Of a stretch of DNA of 64,000 nt, positions 28,394 through 36,222 are shown piece after piece. Each line of letters starts with the position of its first letter. Within the stretch, counting starts at the first letter, position 1. The translations under genes and the position numbers were made by a program. Origin of the DNA: an uncultured Thermoplasmata archaeon (GTDB lineage: Archaea > Thermoplasmatota > Thermoplasmata > JAGHBH01); the NCBI GenBank assembly GCA_964601625.1, contig CAZROC010000001.1, forward strand, positions 46,348-110,347, given 5' to 3'. The notes under the pieces were generated by a model that saw only the letters and a list, made by a program, of their open reading frames with translations, was not told the origin of the DNA and made no database searches.

Positions 28394-29737
28394 ATGAAGG
28401 TTGGCATCGTTGGCACAGGATATGTGGGGCTTGTCACCGGGGTCTCCCTGGCGGAAAAGGGACACGAGGTGCTCTGTCTGGACGTGGACAGGGCTCGTGT
28501 TGACATGGTGAACAGGGGCGTGCCCCCTTTTTTTGAGCCGGGGCTGGAAGAAGCCCTGGGACGTGTGGTTTCTTCGGGAAATCTCCGTGCGTCAGATTCT
28601 TATGGCGATCTCGCTGGCTTTGAGGTGGTTCTCATATGTGTCAACACCCCATCTGCCGCTGATGGGAGCATGGACTCGTCTCAGCTCGTCTCTGCCGCCG
28701 CTTCCGTTGGGGACGTCCTGGGGGATATGAAAAAGAGTGTGGGGTTTCCAGTTGTGGCCGTGAAGAGCACCGTTTTGCCCGGCACCACGCTTGGGGTTGT
28801 CAGGAACACTTTGGAAAGCGTTTCGGGGATGGTTGCGGGTGTGGACTTTGGCCTGGCCATGGTGCCCGAGTTTTTGCGGGAGGGCAGTGCCCTGGAAGAT
28901 GCGAGGCGCCCGGACCGTGTGGTGGTCGGTGCTTTTGACAGGAGATCGGGGGACGTGCTTTCGTCTCTGTACGGTGATTTCGGCTCTCCTGTTGTGGTCA
29001 CGGATGCTGTGACCGCGGAGATGGTGAAATATGTTGCCAACTCTTTTCTGGCCACGAAGATATCTTTTGCAAACGAGATGGCGAGGATATGCGACAGGGT
29101 TGGGGCGGACGTGTACCGTGTCATGGACATCGTGGCCATGGACAGGCGGATTGAGCGGTCTTTTCTGAACGCCGGGCCGGGCTTCGGGGGCAGCTGTTTT
29201 CCCAAGGACGTGAGGGCTCTGGCACGTTTCGCTGAAGAAAACAATGTCAGGCCGCTCATTCTGAGGAGCGTGCTGGAGATAAACGAGTCACAGCCAGTCT
29301 ATGTGGTGGACGTGCTGGAAAAAGTGCTCGGAGGCCTCCGGAACAGGAGGGTGGCTGTGCTGGGCCTCTCCTTCAAGGGCGGGACGGATGATGTGCGTGA
29401 GAGCAGGGCTTTTCCCATCGTGAGGGAGCTCAAAAAGAGGGGAGCAAATGTTGTCTGTTATGACCCCGCTGCTGGAAAAAACTTTGCCGAAAAAGAGCCC
29501 GTTGATCTCGCAGAGGACATAAAGAGCGCTCTGGAAGGTGCCGACGCCTGTGTGATACAGAGCGACTGGGACGAGTTCCGCTCTCTCCAGCCCGGTGATT
29601 TCCGTGTTATGAAGACACCTGTTGTTTATGACACAAGGCGTGTCCTGGGGTTTGAAAGCGGGGAGGTGACTGTGCTGAGGGTCGGCGGCGGCATACCGGG
29701 AATTAAAAGAGATACGCATGATGGAGGTGCGTTGTGA
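28394..29737 (+). CDS. UDP-sugar 6-dehydrogenase (UDP-glucose / UDP-N-acetyl-D-mannosamine dehydrogenase family)
   Basis: MKVGIVGTGYVGLVTGVSLAEKGHEV is the N-terminal NAD-binding motif; catalytic Cys region ...GPGFGGSCFPKDV. The adjacent WecB homolog suggests a WecC-like role, but a Ugd role is not excluded. Confidence 0.85.
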   Translation: MKVGIVGTGYVGLVTGVSLAEKGHEVLCLDVDRARVDMVNRGVPPFFEPGLEEALGRVVSSGNLRASDSYGDLAGFEVVLICVNTPSAADGSMDSSQLVSAAASVGDVLGDMKKSVGFPVVAVKSTVLPGTTLGVVRNTLESVSGMVAGVDFGLAMVPEFLREGSALEDARRPDRVVVGAFDRRSGDVLSSLYGDFGSPVVVTDAVTAEMVKYVANSFLATKISFANEMARICDRVGADVYRVMDIVAMDRRIERSFLNAGPGFGGSCFPKDVRALARFAEENNVRPLILRSVLEINESQPVYVVDVLEKVLGGLRNRRVAVLGLSFKGGTDDVRESRAFPIVRELKKRGANVVCYDPAAGKNFAEKEPVDLAEDIKSALEGADACVIQSDWDEFRSLQPGDFRVMKTPVVYDTRRVLGFESGEVTVLRVGGGIPGIKRDTHDGGAL

Positions 29738-29744
29738 TATGCCC

Positions 29745-30845
29745 ATGAGGGTTGTGTCTGTTGTCGGTGCCCGCCCGCAGTTTGTGAAGGCGGCGCCCGT
29801 TTCAAGGGCTCTGCGCTCCAGGGGGCACGAGGAGACGCTGGTTCACACCGGCCAGCACTACGATTATGAGATGTCCGCCTCTTTTTTTGAGGAACTGAGC
29901 ATCCCCCCGCCCGACGTCTATCTGGGTGTCGGGTCCGGGAGCCATGGATACCAGACCGGTGAGATGCTGAAAAAGATTGAAAAAGTGCTCTTTGAAAAAC
30001 TTGGCGGAGGGGGTGTGGACTGTGTCATCGTCTATGGCGATACCAACTCCACCCTGGCCGGTGCTCTGGCCGCTGCAAAACTGCACATACCCGTGGCACA
30101 TGTGGAGGCGGGGCTCAGGAGTTTCAACAGGAGGATGCCGGAGGAGATAAACCGTGTGGTGGCTGACCATGTCTCGTCAATACTCTTCTGCCCGACCGAG
30201 AAGGCCGTGGAAAACCTGCGCCATGAGGGAATAACAGAGGGCGTTTTCCTGGTGGGAGATCCCATGGTTGACGTCCTCCTGTCCTTTGCCGGAAAACTGG
30301 ACGTTGAAAGCGTTCTCAAAAAATACGGCCTCCGCAGCGGAGATTTTTTTCTGGCCACGGTGCACAGAGCAGAGAACTCGGACGATCCCGGACGGCTGAG
30401 GAATATAATCAACGCTTTTTCCAGCGCCCCCCTGCCCGTGGTCTTCCCCGTCCACCCCCGGACAAAGAAGAACATGGAAAATACGGAGATGTCCCCGGGG
30501 GACAACGTCCTACTTCTGCCGCCGCTGTCCTACACCGAATTCATATCCCTATTAAAAGCCGCCAGAGCCGTTCTCACCGATTCCGGTGGGGTCCAGAAAG
30601 AAGCATATGTGGTCGGCACGCCGTGTATAACACTCCGGGATGAGACGGAGTGGGTTGAGACCGTGGACGCGGGGTGGAACGTTCTCGCGGGAGCGGACAC
30701 AGAGCGCATAATCCGGTTGATGGACACCTTTTCTCCACCAGAAGAGCATCCCCCGCTCTATGGAGATGGAAATGGAGCCAAGACCATCGTGGACATACTT
30801 GAGAAAGAACTGGGCGGAAAACGGAATAGAGATGGATTGAAATAG
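29745..30845 (+). CDS. wecB: UDP-N-acetylglucosamine 2-epimerase (non-hydrolysing)
   Basis: VVSVVGARPQFVKAAPV...HTGQHYDYEMS...HVEAGLRS...DSGGVQKEA are hallmark WecB/MnaA motifs. Confidence 0.85.
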   Translation: MRVVSVVGARPQFVKAAPVSRALRSRGHEETLVHTGQHYDYEMSASFFEELSIPPPDVYLGVGSGSHGYQTGEMLKKIEKVLFEKLGGGGVDCVIVYGDTNSTLAGALAAAKLHIPVAHVEAGLRSFNRRMPEEINRVVADHVSSILFCPTEKAVENLRHEGITEGVFLVGDPMVDVLLSFAGKLDVESVLKKYGLRSGDFFLATVHRAENSDDPGRLRNIINAFSSAPLPVVFPVHPRTKKNMENTEMSPGDNVLLLPPLSYTEFISLLKAARAVLTDSGGVQKEAYVVGTPCITLRDETEWVETVDAGWNVLAGADTERIIRLMDTFSPPEEHPPLYGDGNGAKTIVDILEKELGGKRNRDGLK

Positions 30846-30947
30846 CGGAGGGGGTAACCCAACTTTTTTATACGGATAACCTTTTTCTCTCAACAGCAAG
30901 TGCTTTCATCGCGATGAATATGTGTGATGTGTGATGGAGGAATAGAA

Positions 30948-31445
30948 ATGGAAGACAGCGGTGTCGTCCAGGAAAAACAGCGTCTGGCAAAACTTCTGGC
31001 CGCCTACGAAGTTCAGGAGAGAGAGCTCGCAGAGGCCAGAGAAAAGATCGCCGCCCTTGAAAAAGAGTTGGAGGAAAAAAACACGCTCATAGACACGCTC
31101 AAAGGGGTCATTGAGAGCAGGGACAGAGAACTCCGGGACCTTGAGATAAAACTGGCCGCCCTTGAAAAAGAGCACTCAAAATGCGAGCCAAAACTCAAAG
31201 AGATGGAAGAGGCCGTCCGCCAGGCCAACGAGAGGTTCAGAAAACTCTATGCCATAGCCGAGGAGATGGAGGCCGAGCTCAAAGAGTGCCGGGAGAAGGT
31301 TGAAAAGAGGGACCGGTGGTTCAAAGAAAACATAGACATTATAAAGATGATGGCCAGGGCCATAGAAGATAGAGAGGCGATGATAACCCCGGAGCGGGAG
31401 AACGTGCCCACGGTCAAAGAGGTTGGCCCTCCCCCATCACAGTAA
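30948..31445 (+). CDS. Hypothetical coiled-coil protein
   Basis: Strongly heptad-like, E/K/R-rich sequence over ~140 aa. Start at ATG 30948 after a GGAGGA Shine-Dalgarno. Confidence 0.4.
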   Translation: MEDSGVVQEKQRLAKLLAAYEVQERELAEAREKIAALEKELEEKNTLIDTLKGVIESRDRELRDLEIKLAALEKEHSKCEPKLKEMEEAVRQANERFRKLYAIAEEMEAELKECREKVEKRDRWFKENIDIIKMMARAIEDREAMITPERENVPTVKEVGPPPSQ

Positions 31446-31530
31446 GTTGCGGGTCCGCGGTCTTTGTGGCGGGCACTCTGGTGTCTCAACCCGGCAGATG
31501 GGGCACGCAATTCTTTAATAGGGGTTGTTT

Positions 31531-31544
31531 TTTACCTTAAATCC
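31531..31544 (+). promoter_or_regulatory. Candidate TATA/BRE region for the L44e-S27e-aIF2a-Nop10 operon; implies a leaderless or very short-leader transcript
   Basis: TTTACCTTAAATCC is centred ~25 nt upstream of ATG 31562, the expected spacing for an archaeal TATA box relative to a TSS at or near the start codon. Confidence 0.35.
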
Positions 31545-31561
31545 CACACGTGGTGATAGAT

Positions 31562-31840
31562 ATGAAAATGCCGAGAAACGTCAAGAGATACTGTCCATAC
31601 TGCGGGACCCACACGGTGCACGAGGTGGAAAAGGTCAAAAAGAGAAAAGCGAGCGAACTTAAATGGGGCCAGCGCAGATTCCGCAGAGTGACCGCTGGCT
31701 ATGGCGGTTTTCCCAGACCAAAACCCGAGGGAAGGGAAAAACCCACCAAAAGGGTCTATATCCGCTTTAAGTGTTCCCGGTGCGGGAAATATCACCAGAG
31801 CCCGAGTTTCAGAGCCAAAAAGTTTGAGCTCACAGAGTGA
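31562..31840 (+). CDS. rpl44e: 50S ribosomal protein L44e (eL42)
   Basis: [22 protein letters not shown]...[13 protein letters not shown] has the C4 zinc-ribbon pattern of L44e. Start at ATG 31562 rather than the upstream GTG. Confidence 0.9.
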   Translation: MKMPRNVKRYCPYCGTHTVHEVEKVKKRKASELKWGQRRFRRVTAGYGGFPRPKPEGREKPTKRVYIRFKCSRCGKYHQSPSFRAKKFELTE

Positions 31841-31849
31841 GGTGGTCTG

Positions 31850-32026
31850 ATGATAAAAGAAGACAGACGGTTTGTAAAGGTTAAATGCCCGGACTGTGGA
31901 AACGAGCAGATCACCTTCGTAAAGGCGTCCACCAGAGTCGTGTGCCAGGTCTGCGGCGCAACCCTCGCAACCCCCACGGGGGGAAAGGCCATCTTCAAGG
32001 GCGAAATAGTGGAATATGTGGGATAA
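31850..32026 (+). CDS. rps27e: 30S ribosomal protein S27e (58 aa; below the ORF-track length cutoff)
   Basis: Manual translation gives [58 protein letters not shown]. This is the C4 zinc finger of S27e, in the conserved position between L44e and aIF2-alpha. Confidence 0.85.
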   Translation: MIKEDRRFVKVKCPDCGNEQITFVKASTRVVCQVCGATLATPTGGKAIFKGEIVEYVG

Positions 32027-32053
32027 ACATAAAGACAGGAGAAAGGGATTGAA

Positions 32054-32839
32054 ATGGTGACAGAGGACCTCCCGGAAGAGGGAGAACTGGTCGTGTGCAC
32101 GGTCACCAACGTAAAAAACTATGGGGCATTTGTCTCCCTTGACGAGTACGAGGGCAGGGAGGGTTTTATACACATAGCAGAGGTGGCGTCGGGGTGGGTC
32201 AAATATATAAGAGATTACGTGCGGGAGGGGCAGAAAGTTGTGTGTAAGGTGCTCAGGGTTGACCCGAGAAAGGGATACGTGGACCTGAGTCTCAAACAGG
32301 TGAACGAGCACCAGAAAAGGGAAAAAATAAGGGAGTGGAAAAACGAGCTAAAAGCCAGAAAACTGCTTGAGGTCGTTGCGGAGCGGCTGGGAAAAGACAT
32401 GGACTGGTGCTGGGACACCTTCGCCGACGAACTGGTTGCCACATATGGCTCGCTCTACAACGCTTTTGAGCAGTGCGCTATTGACAGGGATAGTCTGGAA
32501 GAGGATGGTTTCAGCGGGGAGTGGGTCCCTGTTTTTGTGGATGTGGCCGTGGAAAACATAGTTCCTCCCTTTGTCCATGTCCGGGGAGTGCTGGAAGTCA
32601 CCAGTCCCGAGCCGGACGGCGTCTTGCATGTTAAAAACGCTCTGAAAGAGGCGGAAAAGGTGGAAAACGACAGGGTGCGTGTGGAGATCAAGTCCCTTGG
32701 CTCGCCCAAGTATATGATAAAGATAACCGCCGAGGACTACAGGACCGCGGAGGAAGAGCTTAAAAAAGCGTATGAGCGGGCAAAAAAAGCCATGGGCACC
32801 CACGGAACGGTTGAGTTCCACAGAAAGGAGAAAAAATAG
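32054..32839 (+). CDS. eif2a: Translation initiation factor 2 alpha subunit (aIF2-alpha)
   Basis: N-terminal S1 domain (GELVVCTVTNVKNYGAFVSLDEYEGREGFIHIAEV) followed by the helical and alpha-beta domains. Confidence 0.9.
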   Translation: MVTEDLPEEGELVVCTVTNVKNYGAFVSLDEYEGREGFIHIAEVASGWVKYIRDYVREGQKVVCKVLRVDPRKGYVDLSLKQVNEHQKREKIREWKNELKARKLLEVVAERLGKDMDWCWDTFADELVATYGSLYNAFEQCAIDRDSLEEDGFSGEWVPVFVDVAVENIVPPFVHVRGVLEVTSPEPDGVLHVKNALKEAEKVENDRVRVEIKSLGSPKYMIKITAEDYRTAEEELKKAYERAKKAMGTHGTVEFHRKEKK

Positions 32840-32850
32840 GGGGGCGACCT

Positions 32851-33048
32851 TTGGGGGTGGAGATAAGAAAATGTTCCGGGTGTGGACGGTACACCATGAA
32901 AGACGTGTGCCCCGTTTGTGGTGAAAAGACTTATCCGGCAGCGCCTCCCCGTTTTTCGCCTGAAGACAGATACGGCAGGTACAGGAGGGCTCTGAAACTC
33001 CAGACGCTACGTGAAAGAGAAGAAACATCAGACGGCGAAAAAAAATGA
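32851..33048 (+). CDS. nop10: H/ACA ribonucleoprotein subunit Nop10
   Basis: EIRKCSGCGRYTMKDVCPVCGEKTYPAAPPRFSPEDRYGRYRR matches archaeal Nop10. Start is TTG 32851 or, more likely, GTG 32857. Confidence 0.8.
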   Translation: MGVEIRKCSGCGRYTMKDVCPVCGEKTYPAAPPRFSPEDRYGRYRRALKLQTLREREETSDGEKK

Positions 33049-33182
33049 ACATGGGCACACGGCACACGCTTGTGAGTGTGCCGGCACAGAAGGTTTAATA
33101 AACCACAGGGGTGTTCTGTGTTTGTGGATGTGTGAAGTGTGCGATGAGGTAAAAAGATGGAATGATAAAAGGGCGTGGTCAC

Positions 33183-34049
33183 ATGGAAAACACATCGTTT
33201 ATATACCACCGGATAGCGGACGTCCCTCCCCTGCACAGGCCAATCCTGATAGAGGGTTTGCCGGGGGTGGGGAATGTTGGAAAACTGGCAGCGGAACATC
33301 TCATAGACAACATAAAGGCCGTGCCGTTCGCGAAGATATACTCAAAGCATTTCCCGCCACAGGTCCTCGTTGAAGAGGACGGCGTGATTCGCCTCGTTGG
33401 AAACACCCTGTACTATTACAGGAGACCGGGCACAGGAGATGAAGATGCCGGGAACACGGGCAGCGAAGGCGGTGTAACAGATGGTGGCGGGGAGAGATGT
33501 TTCTACCCGTGGAGTTCGGCCGACCTGATTTTCCTTGTCGGAGACTACCAGGGCGTAAGCCCGGAGGGACAGTACGAGCTCACCTACAGAGTCCTCTCCG
33601 TGGCAAAGGAGATGGGCGTGGAGATGATCTTCACACTGGGAGGATACGGGCTGGGACGGCTCATTGAGACGCCTCGTGTTCTCGGCGCGGCAACGTGTCC
33701 CCCTCTGGTGGAAGAGATGAAGAAATATGGTGTGGTTTTTGAAAAGGACGAGCCAGGCAGCGGGATAGTCGGGGCCAGCGGCCTCCTGCTCGGCCTGGGA
33801 AAGCTCTTCAACATGGAGGGTGTCTGTCTGATGGGGGAAACATCCGGGTATTTCATAGACCCGAAGAGTGCCAAGGAAGTGCTCAGAATCCTGTCGTCTA
33901 TCCTAGGTGTCAGCGTTGACTTCTCAGCACTGGAGGATCGGGCACAGGAGATAGACCTTATAACATCAAAGCTCAAAGAACTTGAGGAGAGCGGGACAGA
34001 GGGAGCGAAAGAGCCCTCCGCGGACGACGTGCTCAGGTATATAGGATAG
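33183..34049 (+). CDS. PAC2-family proteasome assembly chaperone-like protein
   Basis: PILIEGLPGVGNVGKLAAEHL and later GGYG resemble PAC2/PbaA-type proteins; it also occupies the conserved position after Nop10 in archaeal operons. Confidence 0.6.
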   Translation: MENTSFIYHRIADVPPLHRPILIEGLPGVGNVGKLAAEHLIDNIKAVPFAKIYSKHFPPQVLVEEDGVIRLVGNTLYYYRRPGTGDEDAGNTGSEGGVTDGGGERCFYPWSSADLIFLVGDYQGVSPEGQYELTYRVLSVAKEMGVEMIFTLGGYGLGRLIETPRVLGAATCPPLVEEMKKYGVVFEKDEPGSGIVGASGLLLGLGKLFNMEGVCLMGETSGYFIDPKSAKEVLRILSSILGVSVDFSALEDRAQEIDLITSKLKELEESGTEGAKEPSADDVLRYIG

Positions 34050-34088
34050 TGGGATATGCGTATAGGAGATGCGATGCGGGTGTGAGAG

Positions 34089-34991
34089 ATGACTGGAGCC
34101 GGTGACGGCGGCGAACGTGCCAGAAAGATCGCCTTCCTGGAGGGATACGAGTCGGGACTGCGGGACGCGTGGAACGAGGTAATAAAACTGGTGGCCAGGG
34201 GCTACCATCCAAAAGAGATACAGATATATCTCAAAACGAAAATGGCTTCTCTGAGCACGGTACTGCAAAAAAAAGCAGCCGATATCGGACTGGACCTGTC
34301 AGAGGCCCACGGACATCCCACCCCCCCGGAGAGGGATGCTGGAGCCGATGTACCCCTGGAGAGAGGATACAGCTACCTGGTCGTTGAAAAAGAGGACGGG
34401 GCCGCCTATGACCTGTTCAATCGCCTGGTTGAGCGTGGCCACCCCGGGCTCTCTGTGTCAAGACGCCACCCCGACCAGCTGCGCTCCCTGTACAACCTCA
34501 GAGGCAGGATAATCTGGCTGACAAAAAAAGCGGGGGGACACGTGGAAGCGAACGCCGGTTTTGCCAGCGGGGACGTCCCCGGCGGGGTCTCAGGTCTCGG
34601 GGTTTCGTCCAGCACTGTCTTTTTTCCCCGGCCGCCCGGAGAAACCATACCGGGAGAACACGCCGGCTCTGACACAGAACGGGCGGGAGCGGAAATGGGG
34701 AGCGGGGGTGGTTTTACGAGGATGTCTCCCGGAAACCTCTCGTCTCTGGCCTCTACAATAATAGGGTTCATGCGCGACCACAGTAACGAGGGCGCCGTGG
34801 TTCTCTTTGACGCCGTTGAGTACCTGGCAACCCAGACCCAGAGCTTCAGCACGGTGATACATCTCATCCAGAACCTCAACGAAAACGCCGCCGAGTACGG
34901 GTCGTTTCTCGTAGTGCCTGTGAGCCACGAGATAAACAGGGAGTGGTACGGACTTCTAAAAAAAGAGCTCACCGTGGAAATCATTTCTTAG
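34089..34991 (+). CDS. Hypothetical protein with DUF835-like segments split by a ~100-aa Gly/Ser/Pro-rich insert
   Basis: N-terminal SYLVVEKEDGAAYDLF...GHPGLSVSRRHP...IIWLT and C-terminal VVLFDAVEYLA...IHLIQNLNE resemble DUF835; low-complexity region between them. Confidence 0.35.
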   Translation: MTGAGDGGERARKIAFLEGYESGLRDAWNEVIKLVARGYHPKEIQIYLKTKMASLSTVLQKKAADIGLDLSEAHGHPTPPERDAGADVPLERGYSYLVVEKEDGAAYDLFNRLVERGHPGLSVSRRHPDQLRSLYNLRGRIIWLTKKAGGHVEANAGFASGDVPGGVSGLGVSSSTVFFPRPPGETIPGEHAGSDTERAGAEMGSGGGFTRMSPGNLSSLASTIIGFMRDHSNEGAVVLFDAVEYLATQTQSFSTVIHLIQNLNENAAEYGSFLVVPVSHEINREWYGLLKKELTVEIIS

Positions 34992-35649
34992 ACGTTTTCT
35001 TTCCACGGCAGATTATGTACACCTCGCTGCTTGATTTTCTGGACGCGGGAGGAGAATACCTTTTCACGGAGTGAAATCTTTTGCGCGCCTCCGCCACGAA
35101 ACCCTCTGTGTCCCGTCCCTGGAAGACCTTGCAGACAAAATTTCCCCCCGGGCGGAGGTTTTCCACGGCAAACCTGAGAGCGTGTGTGGCCAGGTCTATG
35201 GAACGAGCCTGGTCAACATCGTAGATTCCCGATATGTTCGGGGACATGTCGCTTATGACCACGTCCACCAGCCGTCGTCCGCCGATCTTTTTACCGGACA
35301 CGTTGTTTTCCGCCCACCTTTCCGCCCATTTTTTTATCTCGTCCAGGATCTTCTCAACCGTTTCCTGGCGTGTGAAATCGCCCCTTATAAACACCCAGCC
35401 GTCCATGGGCTTCGCCCTCTGGAGGTCAACCCCCACCACAAGCCCTTTTTCGCCTACTATTGACAGGGCCACCTGGCTCCACCCGCCGGGTGCCGCGCCC
35501 AGGTCCACAACCACATCGCCCTCTTTTATTATGTGAAAGCGTTCGTTTATCTGCAATAGCTTGTAGGCTGCCCTGCTCCGATAGTTTTCCGCCTTGGCCC
35601 GCCTGTAATAGGGGTCTCTCCTGTGCTCTCTGTACCACCTTTTTCCCAT
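34981..35649 (-). CDS. rrmJ: 23S rRNA (uridine-2'-O)-methyltransferase RrmJ/FtsJ
   Basis: YRSRAAYKLLQINERF...VVDLGAAPGGWSQV...DVVISDMSPNISG are FtsJ-family motifs with the K-D-K-E catalytic residues. Confidence 0.85.
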   Translation of the reverse strand: MGKRWYREHRRDPYYRRAKAENYRSRAAYKLLQINERFHIIKEGDVVVDLGAAPGGWSQVALSIVGEKGLVVGVDLQRAKPMDGWVFIRGDFTRQETVEKILDEIKKWAERWAENNVSGKKIGGRRLVDVVISDMSPNISGIYDVDQARSIDLATHALRFAVENLRPGGNFVCKVFQGRDTEGFVAEARKRFHSVKRYSPPASRKSSSEVYIICRGKKTSKK

Positions 35650-35798
35650 GTCTCATGCCCCTTATTCAACCTACATCAACTACGTTAACGAAACAATTCA
35701 TATATCTCTGTTCCGTTAAATCTCTCTGGCGATGAAGCAAAGCCACAGATGACCCGGCGCATCGCTGCTGCCACCAGAAAGAACCGGGAGATGATGCC

Positions 35799-36218
35799 GT
35801 GGAAAAGGAGGCCATGGAAAAACCCGCCGGCCCTCTCCGCCTTAGACCACACCACCTGCTCTGTTTACAGAGGTTTGTGGGAGAGGGCTACAGCGAGGAG
35901 TTCACAGCCAACATGTGGCACATCAAGGAGACTGTAGAAAACGGCGGAGTGAGTGTCAAAATCGTCCGGGGAGCAGACGACATATGCTCACTATGTCCAC
36001 ACAGGGACGCAAAACGAAATATGTGCTCCCGCGAACCGTTTGTCAGTCGGCTGGACGAAAAAGTCCTGGGCCTTCTTGGAATCAAATGGGGCTATGTCTA
36101 CAGCGGAGATGAACTTTTTTCACTGGCCCGAAAGAGGGTGCCCACGGTGAAGGGGGTCTGCGACGGGTGTGAATGGCAACACCTCTGCCTCAAAGTAGAG
36201 AGTAGAGCGGGGGAATAG
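35799..36218 (+). CDS. DUF1284-like cysteine-rich protein
   Basis: LRLRPHHLLCLQRFVGEGYSEEF at the N-terminus and C-terminal cysteines (CSLCPH, CDGCEWQHLC). The first ORF codon is GTG; the ATG at 35814 follows an AAGGAGG. Confidence 0.4.
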   Translation: MEKEAMEKPAGPLRLRPHHLLCLQRFVGEGYSEEFTANMWHIKETVENGGVSVKIVRGADDICSLCPHRDAKRNMCSREPFVSRLDEKVLGLLGIKWGYVYSGDELFSLARKRVPTVKGVCDGCEWQHLCLKVESRAGE

Positions 36219-36222
36219 TACA

